This document shows positions 27,327-37,078 of a stretch of DNA of 64,000 nucleotides, one piece after another. Position 1 is the stretch's first letter; each line of letters starts with the position of its first letter. Source of the DNA: an uncultured virus (IMG/VR IMGVR_UViG_3300037601_000035) (Duplodnaviria > Heunggongvirae > Uroviricota > Caudoviricetes); IMG/VR virus record IMGVR_UViG_3300037601_000035; one strand, given 5' to 3'. The notes under the pieces are model-generated. The model did not search any database, had not been told where the DNA came from, and saw nothing but the letters and a program-made list of their open reading frames with translations. The translations under genes and the position numbers were made by a program.

Positions 27327-27404
27327 GGTGATTGTAGCTTAATTGGTTAAAGCCCTTGGTTGTGAGCCAAGACGATGCGAGTTCGACTCTCGTGAATCAC
27401 CCCA
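27327..27404 (+). tRNA. tRNA-His(GTG) with G-1 and encoded CCA
   Basis: CTTGG-TTGTGAG-CCAAG. Confidence 0.9.
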
Positions 27405-27407
27405 AAT

Positions 27408-27448
27408 AAAAATCCTTACTAAAAAATAAATTAGTAAGGATTTTTTTT
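27408..27448. terminator. Bidirectional terminator between tRNA operon 2 and the convergent gene
   Basis: AAAAATCCTTACTAA...TTAGTAAGGATTTTT. Confidence 0.8.
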
Positions 27449-27464
27449 ATTATGAAAGATAAAT

Positions 27465-29051
27465 TTATTGTATACTCCAAGTTTGAGTTATTTTTCCACT
27501 CTTAATATGATAAGTATATTTAGCGATTTCTTTTTCTCCGTAAGTTCTCATTTCTTTGATAAGTACCGATATAGGAACTAAATTATCTGAAAGAGTTTCT
27601 TTAATTTCAACCCAAATATTCATATCAGATACACCTCTAAGTTTAAGTAAATTATCTGTTATATTCACTTTAAATGTATATTTTTTTCCTTTTTCTCTAT
27701 ATAGATCGCTTTCTTCTACAAAGTCTATAGTATCTAAATTATATGAAGTATCTAGATCTGTTAAAACTTGTTCCAAAACAGTAAAGTGTAAATCAGAAGG
27801 TGTTAAAGATTTAACTTTATTTGCAATTATTTCTCTATATCTTAGAAGATTGTCTTTTCTTACGTTTTCTGCTTTTTGAGATTCTTTTTTTCCTGGATCA
27901 ATTCTGTCTAATAAAAGATCATTTCTATTTGCATCTCTAGTTTTAACTTCATCTTTAGTCATTATAAGTTCAGGATTTTCTTCAGCTTCTTCTAAAATTT
28001 TTCTAATGTTAATAGCAAATAATTCTAGGTTTTTATAATACTTCATGTCAAAGCTTCTTCTTAATCCTCCTTTTGTTAAAGCAGAATCTTCTAGCCATTC
28101 ATGATCTTTGTCATATTGAGCACGTGTATTTACATAAGAAGAATAAAATCCTAAAAATTCAGCTTTTCCTTCTGTATTATAAATCAAGTCTTCTAGTTCT
28201 ACGTCTTGATTATTTCCATCTAGATCTACAAAATAATCAATATGACTCTTAGCTTTTTCAAAAGCTTTTTTATAATCTTCGTTATATCCCCAACGATCTT
28301 GTGTATCAGGATTATAATTCTTATAGCTTTGCACTGCTTGTTTAAATTTATAACTTTGAATAAATTCTATTGATTCTTCATTATTTTTAGGAACAACTAA
28401 ATATAAATCTGTATTTTTTCTTTTATTGTGTATACGAAATGCGTATCTACTTATATTTAATTCATCTTCTAATTTATTTATTTTTTGATAAAATTCTGAA
28501 TCTTTATTATAATCTCTAATTTCTACAATGTTCATAGAAGAAGTTTTTCTTTTACTTCTATCAGCATCGTATAAAAATAACATATAGTCATCTTTTTTAG
28601 ATCCTCTAAATTTTCCTTTTAAAAGTTCATTTTTTATATTTTCTGCTCCTTTAATTATTTCAGTTGCAGAGTCAGGAATTTCAGATAATCTTACTTTTGA
28701 TTTACTACCCCAAGTATCAGATTCTTCACCTTTATATTCTCTTAATTTAGAAGAAACGTGGTCTTCCAACTTACTAATTATTCTATTTCTTTCTGTCCAA
28801 TAATGATGATGCATATTGTTTTCTTGAAAGTTTTTAGGATTAGTATTTTTCTTTCTCCAAAATTTAGGTTTATCATCAATATAGTTGTATCTATCAGTAG
28901 TATTTTTAGAAAAAAGCATCAAGTCTATAACTTCATCAAAAAAGTATTTCATATCTGAAGATTTGAAATCTTCATTAATAGATTTAAAATTTAATTGATC
29001 TCTCCACGAAGTAAAAGATTCCACTACATGATTTAATTTTTTTCTTTTCAT
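27465..29051 (-). CDS. Putative internal head protein (minus strand)
   Basis: Leader HVVESFTSW...INE; AATATATA on the minus strand at 29080-29087. Confidence 0.7.
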   Translation of the reverse strand: MKRKKLNHVVESFTSWRDQLNFKSINEDFKSSDMKYFFDEVIDLMLFSKNTTDRYNYIDDKPKFWRKKNTNPKNFQENNMHHHYWTERNRIISKLEDHVSSKLREYKGEESDTWGSKSKVRLSEIPDSATEIIKGAENIKNELLKGKFRGSKKDDYMLFLYDADRSKRKTSSMNIVEIRDYNKDSEFYQKINKLEDELNISRYAFRIHNKRKNTDLYLVVPKNNEESIEFIQSYKFKQAVQSYKNYNPDTQDRWGYNEDYKKAFEKAKSHIDYFVDLDGNNQDVELEDLIYNTEGKAEFLGFYSSYVNTRAQYDKDHEWLEDSALTKGGLRRSFDMKYYKNLELFAINIRKILEEAEENPELIMTKDEVKTRDANRNDLLLDRIDPGKKESQKAENVRKDNLLRYREIIANKVKSLTPSDLHFTVLEQVLTDLDTSYNLDTIDFVEESDLYREKGKKYTFKVNITDNLLKLRGVSDMNIWVEIKETLSDNLVPISVLIKEMRTYGEKEIAKYTYHIKSGKITQTWSIQ

Positions 29052-29173
29052 TATTTCAATATTTTTTTTTTCATATAACTATATATTTTCGAAAACTTTT
29101 CTTATATTTGTATGTATAATTAATATAAATGAATTTAATTAAAATTCAAAACGTTCTTTAAAATTGAAATTTA

Positions 29174-29481
29174 GTTGGCTATAGAAATACATACTTCTAA
29201 TAATTTAATGGATAAAATACTCGTATTTCTAATTACCAACATTTTATTAAGGTGGCTATGTTTTTAGATACTTCTAATTATACCAAACAGGAGCAAAAAC
29301 TCCTGTCTCATTTTACTAAAAACATTTTCCACTATTTTTTTTTTATTTGGCTATGAAAATGAATACTTCTATTTGGCTTATATCCAAGAGGTTGCGGGTT
29401 CGAGTCCCGTCCGGCGTCCAAGATAATTTATGACGCCGGTAGCTCAATTGGTAGAGCTCTTTTTATCATTTTCAATTACCA
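29174..29481 (+). ncRNA. Three tandem Y-RNA-like RNAs; the third has a permuted tRNA module (YrlA-like)
   Basis: Each unit starts TGGCTAT-N9/10-ATACTTCTA with 5'/3' ends paired; unit 3 has T arm, acceptor stem-loop and D arm in that order. Confidence 0.75.
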
Positions 29482-29503
29482 TAATTTTTATAGGAGGTTC
29501 AAT

Positions 29504-31621
29504 ATGAACTTAACATTAACAGAAATATTTTTAAAGAAACAAAACATTTATGTTTTAGATGATTCTAAATTGAATCGTTATAATTCTTCTGACTCTGAAG
29601 AATTGAATCAAAGCGTTCTTACTATTTTATCTGAGATGATGAATCTTGGATTTACATTGAATAAAGAAAGTATAGTAACATTAAATCATTATTTAATTGA
29701 TGATAAAGATAATATTAATTTAAATCTTATTTATAATGATATAATTCCTGCACTTAAAAAAATGGTAGGAGCAGATGTTATCTATTCTCCAATGTACCCT
29801 AATTTTCCAAAACAAGTTATTGAAGAATCAGACATGGAATTGTTTGTAAATGCATTTTTTCATTATTGGACTTGGGGATCATGGAAACCTGAATATACTA
29901 AAGAATTAAGAAAGTTTGAATTTGATTTTCAAAAAATGAAAGAAATTTCTATTTGTGAATTAAATGATGATATAATAAATGATTTAGTTCTTTCTATATT
30001 AACAAGTAATGATTCTATTTCAGAAATAGACCAAAATATTTTGAAAAAATTCCTTTCTAAAGGTTATCCAACAACAAATGATTTTCAAATAAATCATAAT
30101 GAAATTAAAGCTTTATATTGCGGGTTAAATTTAAGAAAAGGAAATTTTGAAGTTTTAGATAAAGTAAAAAATGCAACTGACATTTTAAGAATATGTACTT
30201 GGTTATCTGATGGAGATGTATCACTTGCTGAAAATACTAAATTTAAAAGTCTTTCTAGATCTTTAAGAAGACCTTTAGTTTTAAAATTAGAAGAAGTGAT
30301 CTCGGAAGAAGATATTAAAAGACATCAAAATAAATGGATTAAACTTGCTCATAATTTACACGTTGGAGATTATTCTAAAAAGGTTTATGATATTTTACAA
30401 AAGCCAAGAGAAAATGAAAATCTTGATAACATTCAAGGAAAGATTCAAGATAAAATAAATAATAAAGATTATGTAGAAGCTGCAAGGTTACTTTCATTTA
30501 GACCTGGAGAATTTGCTAGAAGAATAGATGAACTTTTAAGAAAAGAAAGTGATGATAAAAAATTACAATCTATTGTAAAACATTTTAAATCATGTTCAGA
30601 AAAAATATCTACAAGAGTACTTTTACAACTACATGGACATTTTAAAGGTCGTAATTTAGGTCTAGTGAGGGCTTCTTTTCCAAAAGGATCTACTCAAAGA
30701 GTAAATGTTTTACCTGCTCATGAAACTAAAATAAAACCTACTATAATTCATTCGATTGTAGATTCTATTAAAGATACTCTATATGATAGATTTTCTGTTT
30801 TAGATTCTTTAGGAAAAGTTTACATAGATAAAAAATTAGAAAAGTGTCCTTTGCCTACACAACAAAGATCATCTTCTGATGCCTTAAATGTAGTAGCAAG
30901 AGGAACAAGACTTCCTTTTGGAGAAGAAAATTCAAATAAAGATACTTTAAGATTTTTCATTTATTGGATAGGAAATGATATTGATCTATCTGCTGCTTTC
31001 TTAGATGAAAACTTTAGAATAACAGATCACATTTCATATACTAGATTAAGAAATTCAGATTTAGAAGCTTATCATTCAGGCGATATTACTTTTGCTCCAG
31101 GACCAGATGGTGCTTCAGAATTTATTGATATTAAAATTTCTGCTGCTGCTAAAAAAGCAAGATATGTTTCTATGAATGTTTATGTTTATAGTGGACCTAA
31201 TTTTGCAGATCATGAGAAATGTTACGCTGGATGGATGCTTCGTGAAAAGCCTCAAAGCAATGAAATATACGATCCTAGAACAGTTATTAATAAAATTGAT
31301 TTAACAGGTCAAAGTAGAAGAACTGTTCCTATCTTATTTGATTTACATACAAGAGAAGCAATTTGGGTTGATGTAGAGTTAGATGGTTTAAACGTTAGAG
31401 TTCCTAATAATATAGAAAATAGTTCTATTAGTACTGAAAATGTAGTTAGGGCACTTACATCATTGGACAATAAAACTAACTTATATGAATTATTAGAACT
31501 TCATGGAGCTTCTAGAGGGGAGCTAGTAGAAAATAAAGAAGATGCAGATACTGTATTCAGTTTAACAGAAGGGATATTACCAACTGATATTAATAAAATT
31601 AATTCTGAATTAATAATTTAA
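29504..31621 (+). CDS. Large helical (possibly TROVE/Ro-like) protein with C-terminal TerD-like domain
   Basis: MYPNFP, ATDILR, RPGEFARRID; C-terminal DIDLSA..LD, HSGDIT, GASEFIDI (TerD-like). Confidence 0.7.
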   Translation: MNLTLTEIFLKKQNIYVLDDSKLNRYNSSDSEELNQSVLTILSEMMNLGFTLNKESIVTLNHYLIDDKDNINLNLIYNDIIPALKKMVGADVIYSPMYPNFPKQVIEESDMELFVNAFFHYWTWGSWKPEYTKELRKFEFDFQKMKEISICELNDDIINDLVLSILTSNDSISEIDQNILKKFLSKGYPTTNDFQINHNEIKALYCGLNLRKGNFEVLDKVKNATDILRICTWLSDGDVSLAENTKFKSLSRSLRRPLVLKLEEVISEEDIKRHQNKWIKLAHNLHVGDYSKKVYDILQKPRENENLDNIQGKIQDKINNKDYVEAARLLSFRPGEFARRIDELLRKESDDKKLQSIVKHFKSCSEKISTRVLLQLHGHFKGRNLGLVRASFPKGSTQRVNVLPAHETKIKPTIIHSIVDSIKDTLYDRFSVLDSLGKVYIDKKLEKCPLPTQQRSSSDALNVVARGTRLPFGEENSNKDTLRFFIYWIGNDIDLSAAFLDENFRITDHISYTRLRNSDLEAYHSGDITFAPGPDGASEFIDIKISAAAKKARYVSMNVYVYSGPNFADHEKCYAGWMLREKPQSNEIYDPRTVINKIDLTGQSRRTVPILFDLHTREAIWVDVELDGLNVRVPNNIENSSISTENVVRALTSLDNKTNLYELLELHGASRGELVENKEDADTVFSLTEGILPTDINKINSELII

Positions 31622-31651
31622 CAATTTTAATAAATCATTAATATATAGTTT

Positions 31652-31891
31652 ATGAAATTTAAATATATTATTATCGATGGATTATATCCTATATTATTTC
31701 CTGAAGCTGTATCACACAATCAAATTTCACCAAATTCTAATATCAAAAGTGCTGGATATGTTCAATTTATAATTGAAGATAGTAAGGTAATTGCGAAGAC
31801 TTATGGTGAAAGTAAAACATTAAAAATAGGTCCTAAAAAGACGGATGCTATTTTAATTGAATCTATATATAGAACATTATTTACCAAATAA
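31652..31891 (+). CDS. Small conserved phage protein
   Basis: PILFP..VSH...SAG.V...YGES.TL pattern. Confidence 0.6.
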   Translation: MKFKYIIIDGLYPILFPEAVSHNQISPNSNIKSAGYVQFIIEDSKVIAKTYGESKTLKIGPKKTDAILIESIYRTLFTK

Positions 31892-31906
31892 AAAAGGAAA
31901 AATTAA

Positions 31907-32650
31907 ATGAGTAAAGATAATAAAGACCAAGAAAAAGAAATTCTTGAAGAAGTTTCAGAGGAAGAAGTACTTACTCCTGAACAAGAAATAGAAGACATGA
32001 TGCAAAATCAAGAATTATCTGTTGATGAAAAAATTAAAATTCTAACAGAAAAGTCTGAAGCATTATCTACAAAAATAATTAACGAGCCTTACGCATTAGA
32101 TTTAAGTCAAATAAAATTAGGTCAAGAAGCAAAATATATTGCTGATTTATGTGTATTTGTTAAAACTAAATTACCATGGGAAGGAACAGATTTTATTTAT
32201 GTAGAAAACATTTATAAAGAATTAGAAGATTTAAAGAAGACTTACGAAGCAGGTGAAATAGTTTTATCTGGTTCTACAATAACTGCTTTTTATCAATTAC
32301 AAATGCAAGCCGGTGGTGTAGGACATAAAGATGTTAAACAAATAAGAAGATTAGTACAACCATTTTTTCTTCCTTATGGGCAATGTTTTCACGACAATGA
32401 ACTTTATAAGAAATGGGGAGAATATTATCAAGAACTTGCAATGCAAAAGGATATGGAAGAAAAAGAAAAGTTTGAAAAAGAACAACTTTCTAAACCTGAA
32501 GCAGAACAAGAAAAACCGAAAATCGATATTCCTAGAACTTTAGTAGATATTAAATCTGTTCTTGGTGATATTAATGTAGTATTAAAAGATGTTATGGAGC
32601 AACAAGAAAAGGAAGCTCACCCACATAAAGAGGAAGAAGTAAAATCGTAA
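31907..32650 (+). CDS. Hypothetical acidic protein
   Basis: ORF only. Confidence 0.6.
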   Translation: MSKDNKDQEKEILEEVSEEEVLTPEQEIEDMMQNQELSVDEKIKILTEKSEALSTKIINEPYALDLSQIKLGQEAKYIADLCVFVKTKLPWEGTDFIYVENIYKELEDLKKTYEAGEIVLSGSTITAFYQLQMQAGGVGHKDVKQIRRLVQPFFLPYGQCFHDNELYKKWGEYYQELAMQKDMEEKEKFEKEQLSKPEAEQEKPKIDIPRTLVDIKSVLGDINVVLKDVMEQQEKEAHPHKEEEVKS

Positions 32651-32661
32651 TTAAATAATAA

Positions 32662-32922
32662 ATGTCATTTACAATTTCAGATAATGTTTCTAGAGTGCAT
32701 TTACTTGAATTATTAATATTATCTAAACATATAGAAAATCTTTTAGAAAGTTTAAATAATAATAATGAAAACATTAATTCAGAATTATATGTTACTTATA
32801 TGTCAATGTATAAGAAGTTAAAAGAAACTGAAGAAATTGGAAAAGAAACATCTTTTGAAGAATATTTAGAAGATTTATTATTTGAATTTAAACTTGAAAT
32901 AACCCAAAGGAGACAGAATTAA
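32662..32922 (+). CDS. Hypothetical protein
   Basis: ORF only. Confidence 0.5.
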   Translation: MSFTISDNVSRVHLLELLILSKHIENLLESLNNNNENINSELYVTYMSMYKKLKETEEIGKETSFEEYLEDLLFEFKLEITQRRQN

Positions 32923-32923
32923 G

Positions 32924-33223
32924 ATGAAAAACGTACTTACATGGTTTAAAGAAAACCCATTACCGATTATATTATTAATTGTTTTAGTATTTAGTTTAGT
33001 TCAATGTTCTAGTAATTCTACGCAAAAGAAAGTTGCTAAAAATTTAGTAGCAGAAGTAGATTCTTTAAGAACTGAAATAGAACAATTAAAAGAAGACTAT
33101 CCTACGAAAAAAGAAATAGAAATTCAAAACTCTAAAATGATGTATGATTTTCTAATCTATGAAGATGATTTAGATAAAGGAAAAATTTCTTTATCTCAAA
33201 TACAAGAAAAGCTTCCTAAGTAA
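32924..33223 (+). CDS. Membrane-anchored coiled-coil protein
   Basis: N-terminal hydrophobic helix ending LVQC. Confidence 0.55.
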   Translation: MKNVLTWFKENPLPIILLIVLVFSLVQCSSNSTQKKVAKNLVAEVDSLRTEIEQLKEDYPTKKEIEIQNSKMMYDFLIYEDDLDKGKISLSQIQEKLPK

Positions 33224-33363
33224 TTAGGAAAACTCAAATATACGTATTTCTCATATTCGTATATTATTTATTGGTCCTTGTTAATTAATTTTAGCAAGGA
33301 TTTTTTTATTTAAAAATTTTTAGTTATATTAGTAGTGTTATTAATTTTTATTATGGAGAAAAA

Positions 33364-34110
33364 ATGTCATCATTAGTAAACAAACTATGTTTTGATATTG
33401 AAACAATTGCTAAGACAGAACATTACTGGGATCTTTCTAAAGAAGAACAAGAAAATTGGGAAGATAAATGTGAGCGTCAATACTTAGACGAAAAGAATAA
33501 ATTTGAAAACGATTCTGAAGTAGAGTGTAATTGGTATGAAGGATGCTGGCAAAAATGGGCAGCTACTTCTCCTGAATATTCTAAAATTCTTTGTATAAGT
33601 TGTGCTGTAGTTGTAGAAAAAGATTCTGAACAAGAATTTAAAACTGTTACTTACAGCGGAAAAGGAATCCCAACAGACGAAGAAGAATTAGAAACTGTAG
33701 AAAATTTCTTTAAACTTGTTCATAAAGTATTTAACGAAAGAAATTATACTCATTTAGTAGGACATAATATTAAAGGATTTGATATTCCTTTTATTTTGAA
33801 AAAGGCTTTAATGCATGGAATATCATATTCTAAATTCCCGTTTCAATTACAATTAAGAGATAGAAAACCATGGGAAATGGATCATATTTTAGATACAAAA
33901 GAAATGTATAGATTTGGTTCATATTTTTTAAATGCTACTTTAGGTGAAACTTGTATTGCTTTAGGAGTAGAATCTCCAAAGGATGGAGCCGTTAAAGGTT
34001 CTGAGATTTATTCTTATATTTATAAAGAAGAAAATCCTATTGATGAAGTTAAAACATATTGTGAATTAGACGTTGTATCTACTATGAAAGTCCTAGAAAA
34101 GCTTTTATAA
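33364..34110 (+). CDS. DEDD 3'-5' exonuclease (PolB-exo/DnaQ-like)
   Basis: FDIET, GHNIKGFDIPF, YCELDV. Confidence 0.9.
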   Translation: MSSLVNKLCFDIETIAKTEHYWDLSKEEQENWEDKCERQYLDEKNKFENDSEVECNWYEGCWQKWAATSPEYSKILCISCAVVVEKDSEQEFKTVTYSGKGIPTDEEELETVENFFKLVHKVFNERNYTHLVGHNIKGFDIPFILKKALMHGISYSKFPFQLQLRDRKPWEMDHILDTKEMYRFGSYFLNATLGETCIALGVESPKDGAVKGSEIYSYIYKEENPIDEVKTYCELDVVSTMKVLEKLL

Positions 34111-34155
34111 AATTTGGCTATATAGACTATATTTTATTTATAAAAAAGGAAAAAC

Positions 34156-35259
34156 ATGAAAATTGGTTTATTAAAAATTGGAGGTAGAATTGCTCCAAGA
34201 ACTAGAAAGAATATAAATGCTGGAGAAGCAGATTCTATTTTACAATTATTATCTATGGAGCACGAAGTAGTTGTATTTAGTAAATACAATGAAAGGGACA
34301 TAGAACATTCTTCTGGAAATATTCAATATGTAAATTTTTTAGATGATGATTTTGATATTTCTAAGTACGACTTAGATACTTTAGTTGTTATTAATGGGTC
34401 TCCTAATTTCTTTGGAGGAGCTGTAGATCCTTCTTTAGTTAAAAATTATCAACTAATGAAAAATTGGGATGGAACAATTCAATATTATTTAATAGATCCT
34501 TTATTGTACCCTAAACAAATAAAGAAAAATGTTCTTAGGTTATCTAAGGACGAAACGTTAGCAAATTCTACAGATATTACAAATAGTAAATTTCATATTA
34601 TTACACAATGTAGAAATCATGAACCATTAAAAGAAAAAATGGAAAAAGAAGAAATTGCTTCAACATATACTTATTTTCCTTTTGATCAATATCCTTTAGT
34701 TTTAAATGAACTATTAAAAAGAAATGAAAATCCAGAAGTTGATTTAATGTATGGCGGAACTTTTAGATCGGGAAGAAGAGAAAAGGATATTGTTAAATTT
34801 TATTTTGGATATAATCCAGAAGAAATAGAAGTAGAAATATTCGGAAAGCTTCCATTGAAAAAATTTAAACCTAAAAATATAGAAGGTTTAGAAGTACCTA
34901 AAATAACTGGTGAAATTTTATTTTATGAATTTACTTCTAAAATGGCGAATGCTTTATCAACTGTAGTTATTGGAGATTCTTTTTATAGTAAATGTGAAAA
35001 TATGTCTCCTAGATTTTGGGAATCTATTCTTGCACAAAATATTGCTTTTATAGATAATAAATTTGACCAAGAAAAACATACTTTACCGGAAGAATTACAT
35101 TACCTTTATGTAGATTCTAGAGAAGATGTTCAAAAGCAAATTTTAAAAATAAAGGAAAATAAAGAACTAAGAAATGACATTTTAGATAAACAATTAAAAT
35201 TAATTGAAGGTTTTTCTAATAAAGAATATTTAAATTCACTTATAGAGGCAATGAATTAA
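34156..35259 (+). CDS. bgt: T4-type DNA beta-glucosyltransferase homolog
   Basis: NGSPNFFGG and YGGTFRSGRRE match the T4 BGT motifs NSSINFFGG and YGGSFRSGQRE. Confidence 0.8.
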   Translation: MKIGLLKIGGRIAPRTRKNINAGEADSILQLLSMEHEVVVFSKYNERDIEHSSGNIQYVNFLDDDFDISKYDLDTLVVINGSPNFFGGAVDPSLVKNYQLMKNWDGTIQYYLIDPLLYPKQIKKNVLRLSKDETLANSTDITNSKFHIITQCRNHEPLKEKMEKEEIASTYTYFPFDQYPLVLNELLKRNENPEVDLMYGGTFRSGRREKDIVKFYFGYNPEEIEVEIFGKLPLKKFKPKNIEGLEVPKITGEILFYEFTSKMANALSTVVIGDSFYSKCENMSPRFWESILAQNIAFIDNKFDQEKHTLPEELHYLYVDSREDVQKQILKIKENKELRNDILDKQLKLIEGFSNKEYLNSLIEAMN

Positions 35260-35260
35260 A

Positions 35261-37078
35261 ATGAATGTTGTAATATTTTCTGGTGGTACCGGGTCAATAG
35301 CTCTTCAACAAGGATTGAAAAAATTAAATCCAAATATAAAAATAACAAACATAATTAATGCATATGATGATGGAAAATCTACAGGAGTTTGTAGAAAGGT
35401 ATTTAATGTTTTAGGTCCTTCTGATATAAGAAAAAATCAATGGACACAATATCTTAATTCAACGACAAATGTTAATAAAGTATTAGAAGAATTATTTATT
35501 TCTAGAATAGATTTATCTGATCCTAAATTTAATGCTGAAGATTATGTTAATAGTCTTAAGTTAGAAACTGTTACTGGAGGAGAAGAGTTAAAGAAATGGG
35601 CAGAAAATTCTATTGCAGATTTTTTCTATTTTTTACCAAATTCTGGAGTTTCTAAAGAAGAATTAAAAGATTTTAGTGTAATTAATATTGTTTATGCTTT
35701 TCAATTTACTAGATGGGGAATTGACAGAACAATTCATTATTTTAGTGAAATATTAGGAATTGAAGATAATGTAATTCTAAATTCTTCTAGTAATTATTGG
35801 TTATCTGCTACTACATTAAATAATAAAAAATTAAATTGGGAACATGAAATTGTAGATTATGGAAATTCAGAAGATCCTATATCTTATATTAATTTTAGAG
35901 ATACTTTAAATCCAGAATCTCAAATAGATTCAAATGAAGAACTTATTCCTGAATTAAATTATACAGCTAGAGAAGAAATTTTAAATGCAGATATTCTTGT
36001 GTTTTCAGCAGGTACTCAATGGGCATCTTTAATTCCTACTTATATGACAAAGGGGTTTTCTGATGCTATAAGTTCTAATACAACGGCAACAAAGATTTTT
36101 ATTTTAAATACGGTAGAAGATACTGATATGTTAGGAGTATCTGCAACAGATACTTTAAATCATATAAATCAATATCTTTCATTTAATGATATAGATATTG
36201 TTTTTAATACTGATGGAGATTTGAAATTTGGAGAAGAAGATTTTAGATTTCCAATATTAAAAGCTGCATTAGGAAATAATAATGGAAAACACGACCCTGA
36301 TAAGTTAGCACGATTCGTATATCAAAGACATTATCAACTTGAAAATTATTATGATAAACCCGTAATATTTGATTTTGATGATACTTTATATTCTAGAGAT
36401 TCAGAAGAGCTTCCAGTTTCTTTACAAAATGTTAACTTAATGAATTCATTAGGAGAAAAATCTTTTGTTGCTATATGTTCTGGTAACTCTTATGAAAGAT
36501 TAAAAGGAAGGTTGTTTCCGATAGTAGGTCCATTAGATTATAACTTTAGATTATTTTGTGATGGAGGGTTAGTTGAATATGTGGATGAAAAAATAGTTAA
36601 TTCAAAAAAATTAATTGATTCTAAATTTTTGATGGACACTTCAGCAGAATATTATGAAATGGTAGAAGATGCTATAGAAAAAATTTCATCTGAACCGGAA
36701 GAATTTACCATAGAATTTAGGGGTGAAATAGATAACTATTTAGCTTGCTTTTCTATAACAGGAATGAAACAAGAATTTAGAACTTTAATGTATTATTATT
36801 TAAAAGCTACTCTAAAAGAATATCCTTTAAATATTAGATTAACGGGAAGAGGGTCAATAGATATTACTATAAAAGAATACGATAAAAATAAACTATTTGA
36901 AATATCTAATTTAAATAAAGATAATTGTCTTTATATTGGAGATGAAACAGAACAAGGAAATGATGAAAATATTGCTAAGATAGTTTCTCATAAAATACAA
37001 GTATCTTCTCCTTATGAAACAAATTGTATTTTAAAATTATTATTAAGTAATCCTGTAGAGTGGACATGTCACAAATAG
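35261..37078 (+). CDS. CofD/YvcK-family transferase fused to a HAD (PMM/Cof-like) domain
   Basis: FSGGTG, DDGKSTG, GPSDIRK, GTQWASLIP; FDFDDTL, YIGDE...GND. Confidence 0.8.
   Translation: MNVVIFSGGTGSIALQQGLKKLNPNIKITNIINAYDDGKSTGVCRKVFNVLGPSDIRKNQWTQYLNSTTNVNKVLEELFISRIDLSDPKFNAEDYVNSLKLETVTGGEELKKWAENSIADFFYFLPNSGVSKEELKDFSVINIVYAFQFTRWGIDRTIHYFSEILGIEDNVILNSSSNYWLSATTLNNKKLNWEHEIVDYGNSEDPISYINFRDTLNPESQIDSNEELIPELNYTAREEILNADILVFSAGTQWASLIPTYMTKGFSDAISSNTTATKIFILNTVEDTDMLGVSATDTLNHINQYLSFNDIDIVFNTDGDLKFGEEDFRFPILKAALGNNNGKHDPDKLARFVYQRHYQLENYYDKPVIFDFDDTLYSRDSEELPVSLQNVNLMNSLGEKSFVAICSGNSYERLKGRLFPIVGPLDYNFRLFCDGGLVEYVDEKIVNSKKLIDSKFLMDTSAEYYEMVEDAIEKISSEPEEFTIEFRGEIDNYLACFSITGMKQEFRTLMYYYLKATLKEYPLNIRLTGRGSIDITIKEYDKNKLFEISNLNKDNCLYIGDETEQGNDENIAKIVSHKIQVSSPYETNCILKLLLSNPVEWTCHK

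Noticed and set aside
29174..29481. CRISPR mini-array or an ordinary tRNA gene
   Set aside because: Repeats are short, bipartite and pair with the distal end of each unit; unit lengths differ widely; tRNA arms are in permuted order; no cas genes seen
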